Virus record (IMG/VR): IMGVR_UViG_3300005613_000063
Location: 1 to 62,563 of that record
Length of the DNA stretch: 62,563 bases
Strand: one strand, 5' to 3'
From: a virus
Lineage: Duplodnaviria > Caudoviricetes
Below the pieces are notes generated by a model. That model saw only the letters and a program-made list of their open reading frames with translations, searched no databases and was not told the DNA's origin. Positions 16,893 to 27,199 of this stretch are shown one piece after another; position 1 is the first letter of the stretch; the number at the start of each line of letters is the position of its first letter. Position numbers and translations under genes: made by a program.

Positions 16893-18702
16893 TGAATGGA
16901 TGAATGACGAAGAACTAGAAACAGAGATCCCTTCAGTCATAGTATCACCAGATGAAGACGAAGATTATGATGAAAATGGAAGAAAGCACAAAAGATACGT
17001 GCCGCACATCAACGTAGACTTCAACGACTACCCAGAGAGTCAAGCCATCAACAGCAGCAGCAATAGCAATAGCAACAGCGACAATGTCATCTCCCTCACA
17101 GCGAAAAGAAGAGAGCAGCACAGAAGAACGCAATCCACTATCAAGACCGGAGCAAGGCTCGAGAAAATGCTCCGTGAAGCAAGAGAGCATCCATTAGGGC
17201 TCTATCGCCTCTGCTTCAAAGATGATTTCGGTGAAGCCGTGACTCTCAAGTGGTTTCACAAAGAGTGGAGCGACATGATCTTAACTTCATCCCACGTCAT
17301 GATTGAAGCTCCAAGAGGATCGACCAAAACGACCTTCATCATATGTTGTATCTTATGGATATTCGGACACAATCCAGAACTGCGCATCAAATTGATCTGC
17401 GGCAATGATGTCAATGCAGCAAAGAGATTAGATGAAATCAGGAGTCACATAAACAACGATCAACTCTACCAACTCGTGTTCCCGAATGTAAAAGAAGATC
17501 CACAAAGAACCAACAACACACTAGTCCTCAACCTCAAGCGAGCACGGCATACGAAAGATGCAACCCTCGAAGCCAAGGGGGTCCTCTCAGATGGAACTGG
17601 AGACCGAACAGATGTTCTCGTGCTTGATGATGTCTGCACCAGAAAAAATTCAGTGGATGAACCAGCGACCAGACCAAAAGTACTAGGCAAACTACGAAGC
17701 GATTGGTTAAATACGTTAGACCCAAGACAAGGAAAAGTATGGAGTATCTTCACCCCATGGCATGCAGAAGATGCCAACTCAATACTCAAAAAAGAGACCA
17801 AAGGAAGATGGGCCTACAAGCGTTATGCTCATGGCAAACCAGGCAACCCGCACTTCTCTATCTTTCCAGAGCTGTTCTCAGAAACCTATCTAAGGAAAAA
17901 GAGATTAGATATTGGTACGATAGAGTATTCGGCAGCCTATCTGTGCAAAACGGTCTCAGGTGATGTTCAGCTTGTCCGGAGCAATTGGCTCAGACCATAC
18001 AATAAACAAGACCTCGCACCCACCACGCTCAAAAAAGCCACAGTTCTCATCTCTATCGACCCTACAGGTGCTAAAGGCAAACAAAGCAAGAATAAAGACC
18101 CAGATTACACGGGTGTATCAATCTTGCTAATCGATACAGCACCCCATGAAACATACCACCAGCACGGGCGACCTGAAGCACCCAACAGGATCTTCGTCGT
18201 TGACGCTTATCAATTCAGAGCTAGCACCGCACATACAGCCCAGCACACCCTAGAGCTGTACAGAAAATGGAGACCAGATGTAATATGCATAGAAGCACAA
18301 GGAGCACAATCGCTCCACGAGTGGGTCTACGAGTTGGATGCGAGTATACCCATAGAAACAGTGTCGGCCACACTAAGCAAAAGAAGCAGGCTAGAGTCCA
18401 TAACTCCATGGTTACAAGATCACAGGCAAAGAGTACTGTTTCATCCCCAAGTAATCGAACTTGAACCCCAAACTTTCACAGCAAGCATCGGTGGCCCCAA
18501 TCCCACAGTCATTGAATGTCGTAGAACCCTGCGACATCAAATGCTTAATTTTCCCACCACGCATGACGATGTGCTCGATTCGACAGTCCAAGGCCTGAGA
18601 TTCACCAGGCAGTGGATACTACCATATGAGAATGAGGATGAGGACAACCCACCAAGAAATACGGCAGAGGTTGACATGAAGGTTCGTGTTATTTCTGCTT
18701 AA
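16885..18702 (+). CDS. terL: Terminase large subunit
   Basis: IEAPRGSTKTT Walker A, VLVLDD Walker B, FTPWH, ISIDPTG nuclease motif, IEAQ, FP..HDDVLDS. Confidence 0.92.
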   Translation: MNDEWMNDEELETEIPSVIVSPDEDEDYDENGRKHKRYVPHINVDFNDYPESQAINSSSNSNSNSDNVISLTAKRREQHRRTQSTIKTGARLEKMLREAREHPLGLYRLCFKDDFGEAVTLKWFHKEWSDMILTSSHVMIEAPRGSTKTTFIICCILWIFGHNPELRIKLICGNDVNAAKRLDEIRSHINNDQLYQLVFPNVKEDPQRTNNTLVLNLKRARHTKDATLEAKGVLSDGTGDRTDVLVLDDVCTRKNSVDEPATRPKVLGKLRSDWLNTLDPRQGKVWSIFTPWHAEDANSILKKETKGRWAYKRYAHGKPGNPHFSIFPELFSETYLRKKRLDIGTIEYSAAYLCKTVSGDVQLVRSNWLRPYNKQDLAPTTLKKATVLISIDPTGAKGKQSKNKDPDYTGVSILLIDTAPHETYHQHGRPEAPNRIFVVDAYQFRASTAHTAQHTLELYRKWRPDVICIEAQGAQSLHEWVYELDASIPIETVSATLSKRSRLESITPWLQDHRQRVLFHPQVIELEPQTFTASIGGPNPTVIECRRTLRHQMLNFPTTHDDVLDSTVQGLRFTRQWILPYENEDEDNPPRNTAEVDMKVRVISA

Positions 18703-19102
18703 CAAAATCGCTCAATCTCCTTGGAACATCAGCATGTAGAGCTGCATGACGTGCCTTAACAATCCCAGGATTAGCCAAACACACAGCACCTGCATATGTT
18801 CGCAAATCCAAGGCTGTCATACCACACCGATGGCAGTATGCACCAGGAACGTAACCAGCTTCCAAGGCCTTCAGTTGGCGACCCCGGATCAAAGGCGACA
18901 TCTCACTCAAAGCTGACTCAGAGGCCGCAGACAGCACCAATTCATGACTAGGCTCAAAGCCCCAAGGTCGAGACCATATAAAAGTCTTAGGTTTTAAAAA
19001 AGTTTTGAGAAGCTTCCGTTTCATGAAGAGATCCTCCCTCCTTAGACTGCACCCCCCGGCACCTGCGTAGCGAAGCTTAGCACAGATATAGTCGAGGCTC
19101 AA
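18689..19102 (-). CDS. Hypothetical protein (CxxC)
   Basis: ORF within the minus-strand run. Confidence 0.5.
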   Translation of the reverse strand: MSLDYICAKLRYAGAGGCSLRREDLFMKRKLLKTFLKPKTFIWSRPWGFEPSHELVLSAASESALSEMSPLIRGRQLKALEAGYVPGAYCHRCGMTALDLRTYAGAVCLANPGIVKARHAALHADVPRRLSDFVKQK

Positions 19103-19812
19103 GCAGTAAAATGGTTCTCGCTACTGAAAAATAGATAATGTAATAACATCACGCCTGTAGATTTCAGTACCTCAATCACATAATTCGGAACAAATGCTGG
19201 GGAACCACTTGTCCAACTAGGGATCGGCACTGCATATTCTGGCCTGATCAAATCAAGCGGCAGCAGGCGTGCATCCCGTTGCTTTTTGTCTTTTTTCCAA
19301 CGCATTGAGATCTGCTGCGCAGCCAAGGATATAGCATCATGAATGGTGAATAGCGCATAAAAGCCACAAGATTCATTGAAGTCAAATTCTGCTTGGAGAG
19401 CAGCTGCCAATGCACCAAAGCCATCATGCACAGTGAATTGCGCTGTGCCCACATCCTCAAAATTATCATATGTGTGCAAGATAGTATCGCGCTTTCGTGG
19501 TGCTTCAAACAATACTTCGGTTATATACCGCATGGCTGCCGCAGTGGATGGCTGTTCTATTGTCGCTTCTTGGTACATAGACGTAATAGTAAGTACATCA
19601 TCCTTGTACTTGTCGATATCCAATTCATCGTCTGCCATATGAACAATGCGTCCTGGTTCGGCATCATCATGCAGCCCTTGGAAATCGAATAAAGCCAGAG
19701 GAGTGAGACCTGCCATTCGTGGGGATTGCATGTCTCCTTCCTCTGCACGATATGCATTATACAATTCCGTATTCAATGTCTTTTCTAACTCTTCTTTTGT
19801 GTGTTCTTTCAT
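19099..19812 (-). CDS. Hypothetical protein
   Basis: 237-aa ORF. Confidence 0.65.
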   Translation of the reverse strand: MKEHTKEELEKTLNTELYNAYRAEEGDMQSPRMAGLTPLALFDFQGLHDDAEPGRIVHMADDELDIDKYKDDVLTITSMYQEATIEQPSTAAAMRYITEVLFEAPRKRDTILHTYDNFEDVGTAQFTVHDGFGALAAALQAEFDFNESCGFYALFTIHDAISLAAQQISMRWKKDKKQRDARLLPLDLIRPEYAVPIPSWTSGSPAFVPNYVIEVLKSTGVMLLHYLFFSSENHFTA

Positions 19813-19852
19813 AGAAATAAACTATACACAGAATCATACAATGCACTATATA

Positions 19853-20737
19853 TTATTTAGCTTTAACAGAGGGCGTTTTAATGAAATCTGCTAGTGCCGC
19901 GAAGATGGTATCGGCGGTAGCAGGATCGTCTGTTTCCATTGCAGCTTTGGTAAGGGCTTGCACACCGGCCACAGACAAACGCGTCAGCGATTTTTCGGTC
20001 AAGCCATCTGGGATGGGAGAACCATCGGCTTCCCATTGTTTCAGCAGATTAGATAGCCAGACAACGAACTTGCCACGTAATTCGTAAGAGACAACGGTTT
20101 CAACGTGTGGAGCAATGTCTAGTCCTTCTTTGCGATAGGACTCAATGGTAGCTGGCGTAATTTTTGTGCGGTTTCCGTCTTTGGTTGGGTCATTCAATGA
20201 GACAGTTACTTTACCCCCTGCGCCATCTTCAAATGCAAAAGAGTTAATACCAGGCTCAGCATTGCGAGAGGCGCTACGTGCCAGTCTACGGAAGTCCTCT
20301 TTCATTGCATCTGCTTCATCCTCAAGCCAAGCTAAAGTAGCCAATTTGGCTTGCAGAGCTTTAGCCTGCATCTCATACCCTGGGATGGAGAGTATAGCAG
20401 CTCCCTTGGCTTTTCGTGGTGCAGCTGCTACTGGAGCAGGGATGTTGATGCTAGGGACATCGATAGTTCCGTCATTACCGTTATTAGATTTTTTAGCCAT
20501 GATTACATTCCTTTCATTCATGTACAGACTCATTAAGTCTGCACGAAGTTTGACGGTTACGCCGATCATGTCCTGCCGAACATGAACAGGGTGTCCGCAA
20601 TTGAGTTCACAATACAGCAATCCGTCCCATGACATACGCCATACTCGACCACCTTGGCCTTTATGGCAGCATTCATGGGTTGGATCATCCTTCAGATAAA
20701 TTATGTCGTCATACTTATGTTGTAATAGGTCTTTCAT
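19853..20737 (-). CDS. Hypothetical protein (alternative internal start MAKKSN near 20500)
   Basis: 294-aa ORF with an internal RBS-like AAGGAA. Confidence 0.6.
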   Translation of the reverse strand: MKDLLQHKYDDIIYLKDDPTHECCHKGQGGRVWRMSWDGLLYCELNCGHPVHVRQDMIGVTVKLRADLMSLYMNERNVIMAKKSNNGNDGTIDVPSINIPAPVAAAPRKAKGAAILSIPGYEMQAKALQAKLATLAWLEDEADAMKEDFRRLARSASRNAEPGINSFAFEDGAGGKVTVSLNDPTKDGNRTKITPATIESYRKEGLDIAPHVETVVSYELRGKFVVWLSNLLKQWEADGSPIPDGLTEKSLTRLSVAGVQALTKAAMETDDPATADTIFAALADFIKTPSVKAK

Positions 20738-21027
20738 TAAAATTGTAAATCGGTAAACATTGTTAAGAAGCGCTTCGTTGGTATCACAGTCACCGTTCCA
20801 ATGCCACCTAGCTTTTTATAAATTTCAGCTACGATGTGTTCAGCCCACCAACCAACTTCAGAGCGCAATTTCAATGTCTTGGACACATCTGTATTTATGC
20901 AAGTAACTACAAATGAAATCCACTTTCGTGCAGCAGGGTCGTTGTCTTCTGCAAAGAAATCCAACTTCCAAACGACACCCTCACCCGGCTTCGGCTTGAG
21001 CCTGCGCGGCTTCCGCCCATTTTCCAT
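20737..21027 (-). CDS. Hypothetical protein
   Basis: Coupled ORF. Confidence 0.55.
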   Translation of the reverse strand: MENGRKPRRLKPKPGEGVVWKLDFFAEDNDPAARKWISFVVTCINTDVSKTLKLRSEVGWWAEHIVAEIYKKLGGIGTVTVIPTKRFLTMFTDLQF

Positions 21028-21304
21028 ATTGAGATCCTTTCAGCTGCGTTTCAGCTTGTGCGTGGGTTAATGCCGTGACAACTGAGCGATTAGCACCATT
21101 GCCCCTAATTACAAAGTAGACAAGAACTCCATTCAATAAGGCACAACATAGTGTACGTGAATGCGTCTGACGCACAAGATGTAGATGCTTGTTTGCATCT
21201 ATGGCAGCAGCCAAATCCCATGCCGAAGCATTATAACGCTGTACTAATCGTGCGGCAGCATGCTCTGTGACAATACATCCTTCGCCCTTCTTCCGTCTTC
21301 CCAT
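20981..21304 (-). CDS. Hypothetical protein (TEHAAARL motif, DUF4258/RelE-like fold possible)
   Basis: VTEHAAARLVQRY...SVVTAL pattern. Confidence 0.5.
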   Translation of the reverse strand: MGRRKKGEGCIVTEHAAARLVQRYNASAWDLAAAIDANKHLHLVRQTHSRTLCCALLNGVLVYFVIRGNGANRSVVTALTHAQAETQLKGSQYGKWAEAAQAQAEAG

Positions 21305-21305
21305 T

Positions 21306-22001
21306 TCATTTATCCTCCAATCGTGGGGCAGGTGCTTTCAATCCCGGACCCCCGTGTAATGTGATTCCAGCCCCAGCTTTTCGACCGGCAGCATGGCCAT
21401 CACTATTATATGTATAGCGTCTTCGTTGCGTTTTAATAAAAGGATATGTAACTTTTAAATACGTATTAACTCTGGCATCCTCTGCACACACCATTGCTTG
21501 TGTCGACCCCTTCATAGCAGCAAACGCATCATTTTTCTGTGCCTTTAGTCGTTCTTCTATAACACAAACACATCCTAATCTAAATGAGTTCATGAATCTC
21601 TGCCGTGAGCTATGCGCAGGCCCTGAAGTCTTGGAAGCTATTTTATTAATCTCTTTAACTAAATACCTGTATAGATACCATACAGCATGCACATCTGATT
21701 CAACGCCGACAATAAGCAATTTAGCAGAACCAACCAAACATTGGCAGTGATGAACTGCACATAATGCATGACAGAGCTGTGATTTCCAAGTCATCACTCT
21801 CTTGGCACCAGCAATTATATTGAGTTCGATTACAGCTTCATTGGCATCTGCATCTAATTCAAGCATAGATATTTTATGCTCAGTCATCAACGCATGCATA
21901 CGTGCAGCTGCAACCTCCGCCTCTGCTACTGAATTATTGCGAGTAACATCGGCAAGAGATTGCAGCTTCCGCAACAAGTCTACGATTTTATCCTTGGACA
22001 C
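21306..22001 (-). CDS. DUF2786-domain protein
   Basis: KIVDLLRKLQSLA..AEAEVAAARMHALMTEHKI and NSFRLG. Confidence 0.8.
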   Translation of the reverse strand: MSKDKIVDLLRKLQSLADVTRNNSVAEAEVAAARMHALMTEHKISMLELDADANEAVIELNIIAGAKRVMTWKSQLCHALCAVHHCQCLVGSAKLLIVGVESDVHAVWYLYRYLVKEINKIASKTSGPAHSSRQRFMNSFRLGCVCVIEERLKAQKNDAFAAMKGSTQAMVCAEDARVNTYLKVTYPFIKTQRRRYTYNSDGHAAGRKAGAGITLHGGPGLKAPAPRLEDK

Positions 22002-22007
22002 TATAAA

Positions 22008-23033
22008 TTACCTCCGTAAACGATGCTGTCTATTGATATAGTCTTGATTACGACCATCTTTGTACGTACGTAAATCCCGCGGTGGTCTCGGTCGCGGCAC
22101 TTCTGGAATGGCATTTAATACCACGTCTAATTTATTGCAGGGTATTCTTTTAAGCTTACAACCTTCGCTGCGTATGCCTTGTGAGATGTCTCGCATAGCC
22201 TCCTCATAATACCTGATATTTTTGGACAAGTCGTACACATCGCGCTTGCTATAAACGCCATGCCGTTTAGCATACTGACGCACCTTACGCATTTCAAACT
22301 TCACATCTTTCAAGCCAACTTTCATTCCACAATATTTTGAAGCTTCCATCACCAATGCCCATAGCAGTTCATTATTAACTCCGCTTCTGCAACGCAACAA
22401 CTTACGCACTTTGGGCGTAGCTAATCTTATGGCTTCGGCATATGCAGATCGAGCTTTCAAAAACAGTGTAGTTTCAATACGACGCTGATTAGCCGCTTCA
22501 GCCTCCTTCAATGCTGCCTCACGAAAAGCTTCAGCAACCATTTTGATGTACTTGGGGCGCAAGCTACTTAAATGTGCATGTGCAATGCGTTCATTGGCCA
22601 TACGATTCTTTTTCCATTGCTGAGCGATGCCTGTCATCTTGAGAAACGGCAAATTGGGGCAGCGATCTAAGGCATGCAAGACATGATAAATATCCGTAGG
22701 TCGCTTGCGAATCATAGCCGCAATGACAGTGTTATTGTACTTCACGCTTGCCGCAGATTTATGTAACATGCCGAATGATTTATTCCGCAAGAAAACATAA
22801 GTAGCAAACAGCTTGCGTTGGCACAGCACATTATCAGCTGGTACTGCAGGTAGATACTTCGACAAGTCGCCAGGCAAATTAGTAGCCCAATTATCAGGCA
22901 CAGCAGGAAATTTGGATACATCCACCTTCAATATAGATGTTTCAAACGTTTGCACCGGTGCAACCTGCGCAGCACAAAGAGCAGGCGGCAGTAATGCCAG
23001 GCTAATCGCCAGGACCAGGAATGTATTTCTCAT
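22008..23033 (-). CDS. Putative exported protein
   Basis: Signal-peptide-like MRNTFLVLAISLALLPPALCAAQ. Confidence 0.6.
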   Translation of the reverse strand: MRNTFLVLAISLALLPPALCAAQVAPVQTFETSILKVDVSKFPAVPDNWATNLPGDLSKYLPAVPADNVLCQRKLFATYVFLRNKSFGMLHKSAASVKYNNTVIAAMIRKRPTDIYHVLHALDRCPNLPFLKMTGIAQQWKKNRMANERIAHAHLSSLRPKYIKMVAEAFREAALKEAEAANQRRIETTLFLKARSAYAEAIRLATPKVRKLLRCRSGVNNELLWALVMEASKYCGMKVGLKDVKFEMRKVRQYAKRHGVYSKRDVYDLSKNIRYYEEAMRDISQGIRSEGCKLKRIPCNKLDVVLNAIPEVPRPRPPRDLRTYKDGRNQDYINRQHRLRR

Positions 23034-23796
23034 ATTTACCCTCCATTTCCGTAACAACGGCATCTGCGGCTTTGACGGACCCGTGGGTCGTAAAGCCAAT
23101 TATAAAATCTCGATCAGTCCATGTACACATAGGACCTCTCCGACCTCCACAATTGGTGCACTGAACATTCTTATTAAATTCGGCCGGGCAGCGCAAGACT
23201 CGCACACCCAAAGGCGTACGAGCAGAACGCCAATCTGCAGAGCCCCAATCTGAATGCATTACGGTCACAACTGGAGCAATCCCCAGTAGATATAATGCAT
23301 CGGCTTTATGCAAACCTTCAGCTGAAATATTCAATGCGAACCCATGAGCAATAGCATACTTAACAGCAGCGCGATTATGGCTCGTGATAGCATTGGTAAA
23401 CACCGTGACCGTATTGTCCAAGAAATGCACAGGCTTGTGTGTATATCCAAACCCAAGAAGACCTTGATTGGCGGCACACAATTCACGAATGGCAGTCTTC
23501 GAGATGAAGTGATCAAACATGATACCTTCTCCTGGTAGGTCTCCGGACACGCCGTAGCGCCACACGGTATCAGGCAGTATGCAACGAATGCGCTTCATGA
23601 GTTCATTCCATGAGTAGCCATCTCCGTCGTCGAGATCGTCTTGATGTTTGAGCAATGGCCAAGTGCGAACATAGCAACCTCGATCCATGAATGGACATGA
23701 GGCTGGACATGTACCAGAGCTGCACATAACTACGGGCATAGGCCCAGTTTTGCGGTTCCCGCTCTTCATAATCAATTTATAGATTCCACAAGACAT
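23002..23796 (-). CDS. Cys-rich phage protein (DUF7227/Gp88-like)
   Basis: SGNRKTG, TCPASCPF..CY, WRYGVSGDL, GYTH, CPAE..C..C. Confidence 0.65.
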   Translation of the reverse strand: MSCGIYKLIMKSGNRKTGPMPVVMCSSGTCPASCPFMDRGCYVRTWPLLKHQDDLDDGDGYSWNELMKRIRCILPDTVWRYGVSGDLPGEGIMFDHFISKTAIRELCAANQGLLGFGYTHKPVHFLDNTVTVFTNAITSHNRAAVKYAIAHGFALNISAEGLHKADALYLLGIAPVVTVMHSDWGSADWRSARTPLGVRVLRCPAEFNKNVQCTNCGGRRGPMCTWTDRDFIIGFTTHGSVKAADAVVTEMEGKYEKYIPGPGD

Positions 23797-23862
23797 AGTA
23801 ATACCTTCTCCTTTCTCTTAGTAAAGAGTTCGTTACGAGACAGTGCAGTTAATAAAGTTTAC

Positions 23863-24081
23863 TTAATCAGATATTTTATAATCTAGGGCTTGGCGATGTT
23901 CGACAGAGTCGATGCAATCTGCTGCACGGTTCTGCTGTCGAACCAAATCATACCAGTAGTCATCGTCTTCTAGTATCGCCCTAATTTCGTGCGCCTCAGC
24001 CTCAATTGGCACTTCAACTTCAATTGAGGCGGTATAATTAGTAGATTCTGTCCATGCAATTTGAACGTTCACTTTTTTCAT
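23863..24081 (-). CDS. Hypothetical protein
   Basis: Small acidic ORF. Confidence 0.55.
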   Translation of the reverse strand: MKKVNVQIAWTESTNYTASIEVEVPIEAEAHEIRAILEDDDYWYDLVRQQNRAADCIDSVEHRQALDYKISD

Positions 24082-24089
24082 TCCGGGTT

Positions 24090-24506
24090 CTATTGTTGCT
24101 CCTCCTCTTCGTAGATCACAGATGAATCGAGATCTACAGAAATATCATTCCAGTTGTCTAGCGTTAATGAATACTCCTCAGATGATTTCTCATAGTCAAC
24201 AAACAAGTATATATAGCGCTCACCTTTGGCAATGTCATCTTCCACATGGTCTAAACCTGAGGAGTGTCGGTCTGCTACATACCGCGCCAAGCCAATCCTG
24301 CGAGCACTTTTCAATTCGGCTTCCAATTCATCCAAGGCATCACTACGCCGTTCTTCCCAGCAAGAACAGCCACCTTCGGAGGCATGTACACGAGAGCCAC
24401 ATCCTTCGCACTTAGAATAGTAGCTACCCCAATCATCTGGCAATCCTGGATCTCCTCTCATAATATATCTACTCCTTTTCAACATTGACGGCATAATGCC
24501 AGCCAA
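24090..24506 (-). CDS. Hypothetical protein (Zn-finger-like)
   Basis: CEGC..H..GGCSC. Confidence 0.55.
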   Translation of the reverse strand: MAGIMPSMLKRSRYIMRGDPGLPDDWGSYYSKCEGCGSRVHASEGGCSCWEERRSDALDELEAELKSARRIGLARYVADRHSSGLDHVEDDIAKGERYIYLFVDYEKSSEEYSLTLDNWNDISVDLDSSVIYEEEEQQ

Positions 24507-24949
24507 TCTCTATTAGTGTTGGATCGTACCATGTTTGCATGGCACACTCATGGGCATCTTCCTCAGTCTCCACTGTGAATGTCCCTCCATGACTTGTAGA
24601 AGCGGTACCATCTGGCATTAGCCAGCTAAACTCCACCTTATATCTCTCCATTATCAACCTGACTCCTTTTGCATATGTGGTGTCATGTCCAAGATGACAT
24701 GAATGATTGTTTTTACTTCTGCTGATTTCAGTCGATACAAAGTCAACAGGCGGCGCTGCGCGCCTGCACCGCTTGTTGTAGATTCCACATAAAAACCAGA
24801 CATCGGCTCCACATCCACAACAGAGACGGCAGACAAATGGTCCAATTCCGCAGCACACACAAGGCATCTGTCAACGTGACAAGCATTGGCATCCTCAAAC
24901 CAAGATGACCCACACTCCGTACATGACCATAAGGTCCACTGCAAGGTTT

Positions 24950-25222
24950 TCATTTGGGACCTCCTACACGATTCCAACGAGCGGGCATGTGGTCACCGCG
25001 AGTGATCCATGTATCAACATCCAAGACCTGCCGGGCTAAATCAAGAGCTAAGATGTAAAACTGTTCTTGCTCAGCCTGACCCCCAGGCAAAGATTCATTG
25101 GCCAATATCTCTTTAGCTCTTTCTAGTAAAGCAGATACCGCTTCATCAATATACATCACTATTCTCCTTTGCTTGCGTTTTGCCTCTTCTCTCCTTTTAT
25201 ATGCAGGCTTATACCTTTTCAC
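24950..25222 (-). CDS. Hypothetical protein
   Basis: ORF within the minus-strand run. Confidence 0.5.
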   Translation of the reverse strand: MKRYKPAYKRREEAKRKQRRIVMYIDEAVSALLERAKEILANESLPGGQAEQEQFYILALDLARQVLDVDTWITRGDHMPARWNRVGGPK

Positions 25223-25315
25223 TCTTTATCTCCCATAAAATTCTTAGATGCCACAAGCGACGCTGCACAGACGCACAGTTTGGTTGGAGTCTCTTGTAGC
25301 ATCCGGGAATTCTAC

Positions 25316-25627
25316 TCAAGCGTCAGTAATACAGTCATCGAAGTACTTATCAATTGATTCGGTGCAACCATTTTCTTCAAGCCAAGATAGGGCATCCTCG
25401 GCACTCATTGGGCGAATGCCATCCCCTTCACAGTATCCGCCACCGTGTGCCTCGCTGTATTTAGATGCAGCTCCACCCCAATAGTAGAGGAAGAAAGCAC
25501 CCTTCTTAGTTCGATATAAACGTTCGGACACAGCATGGAAATCTGAGCATCCCCTTCCATTTGTGTAGTGTCCTAATTCTTCGGCAGTATCAGTGTTATA
25601 CCGCTTTTTATTAATTACTCTGATCAT
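25316..25627 (-). CDS. Conserved phage hypothetical protein
   Basis: INKKRYNTDTA..ERLYRTKKGAFFL..GGAASKY pattern; GGAGG RBS before ATG 25627. Confidence 0.75.
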   Translation of the reverse strand: MIRVINKKRYNTDTAEELGHYTNGRGCSDFHAVSERLYRTKKGAFFLYYWGGAASKYSEAHGGGYCEGDGIRPMSAEDALSWLEENGCTESIDKYFDDCITDA

Positions 25628-25665
25628 TGTATTGTCCTCCTGCCAAAAAAGGGCGATAGAGAAGT

Positions 25666-25723
25666 TAAACGTCACGTCGCTAAATCAAACTAAACGTCAC
25701 GTCACGTCATTAAACGTCACGTC
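25666..25723. repeat. Three copies of TAAACGTCACGTC
   Basis: Copies start at 25666, 25691 and 25711. Confidence 0.85.
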
Positions 25724-25733
25724 GTACTGAACT

Positions 25734-26981
25734 CTAATCCAAATTGTTATAGGCTATGTTCTCGACGGTATTTCCAGGCAGTGAAATGCCTGCATAGATA
25801 TGGGCATAAGTCTGTTCTAAATGCTCAATGCTCATAGCATCCGCGGCTTGGATGACTGCATTTTCATCAAAGGACAGCTCTTCAATTGGCGTGTCCTCGA
25901 TGCAAAAACAGAGACGTGCAACATCAGTTGGCTTAGCCCGATACCACAGCAACTCCACAGTGTCGGGCAAATCAACTTCTCCAACTAGTCCAGATGAGGC
26001 TAGCAGCTTTTCAGTGCAGTATTCGCACAAGGACCACCCTTTATCAGCGACGTTGGGATCATAGGCCTCAAGTACAGTGCAACCGGCGTCCGAACAGACC
26101 TGACACATCCCTTCACGGGCACACTCGTCGCACATGACGTCGGTGTAGTGAATGCAGATGCCCCCACCCCCATGGTATCCAGTGGGTTCAGGTTGACCTT
26201 CCCCATCTCCACTAAATTCAATCGCGGCTGAGCACTGTGAGCATTCCCAAGTCAAATACAGCCCATATTCAGACGATGCAACCTCAAGGGCTTTCATCCA
26301 GTATCGCTCGCCCGCAAACGACGCATTGTTTATTGGTTCATCAAACGAACCAACTTCCCAACTATCAATACGCCCTGACGAGTGAGAACCCATTTCACTC
26401 CCGTAGCGAGTGCCATCTAAAGCAAAGGGCCAGGACTCACGGTCGGCCAATGACGATGCATCCTCATCCAGAACAACCTCAAGCAGGTCCGAGAGAGAAT
26501 GAATAGCATCTAAGCCAATTCCCTGCCCCGAAGCATAAAGTGGCCACACACACAACTCAGGTTGCTTCATCGCTGGATATTGCTGAGCGATATCAGCCAT
26601 CTCACAACGCATGATATTTATGGAATCATCCAATTCCATCCATTTATCGAACAGAGTGCAGAGAGATTCTCGCATCTCATCTGTGAACGGCCTGTTCCAA
26701 GAATAGCTGTTTGCATTGATAAAGTCTGACCAGGCGTGTTTGACCGCGCCCAATGCATATTGATGTCTCATCCGCAGGTCTTCATACTTCTTCGAGAATG
26801 TCTCCCGAATAGGGTCATATCGAGACGGGATGTCTGACATCAGCGTCGATTGCAAATCGCACCCAATTGGTGTCACCAACCAGATGTTGGGTTCATAAAA
26901 GCAACCAGAGTACGGTGAATGGACCGTACCGGTTAGATAAAACGGCTTTCCACGCTCCCACGCGGCTTTGATCTCTTCCAA
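25734..26981 (-). CDS. Acidic Cys-rich hypothetical protein
   Basis: 415 aa with several CxxC motifs; AAGGAG RBS before TTG. Confidence 0.7.
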   Translation of the reverse strand: MEEIKAAWERGKPFYLTGTVHSPYSGCFYEPNIWLVTPIGCDLQSTLMSDIPSRYDPIRETFSKKYEDLRMRHQYALGAVKHAWSDFINANSYSWNRPFTDEMRESLCTLFDKWMELDDSINIMRCEMADIAQQYPAMKQPELCVWPLYASGQGIGLDAIHSLSDLLEVVLDEDASSLADRESWPFALDGTRYGSEMGSHSSGRIDSWEVGSFDEPINNASFAGERYWMKALEVASSEYGLYLTWECSQCSAAIEFSGDGEGQPEPTGYHGGGGICIHYTDVMCDECAREGMCQVCSDAGCTVLEAYDPNVADKGWSLCEYCTEKLLASSGLVGEVDLPDTVELLWYRAKPTDVARLCFCIEDTPIEELSFDENAVIQAADAMSIEHLEQTYAHIYAGISLPGNTVENIAYNNLD

Positions 26982-27117
26982 AATCTCACTCCTTTCTGAA
27001 GTCGGCTACGACTCCTGCAAATTTGTCTTCTATCATTACCATTTCGTTCCTCCTCAGGAATATATAGAATTGCATTGACTCAGTCTATTCTACATATTCC
27101 CGAACAGGATGAAGATG

Positions 27118-27182
27118 AAGGGTTGGAACTAAGGGTTGGAACTAGGGGTTGGAACTAAACTAAGTTGGAACTAAACTAAGGG
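27118..27182. repeat. Four copies of GTTGGAACTA
   Basis: Copies start at 27122, 27135, 27148 and 27164. Confidence 0.85.
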
Positions 27183-27199
27183 CTGGATTGTAACTTAGG

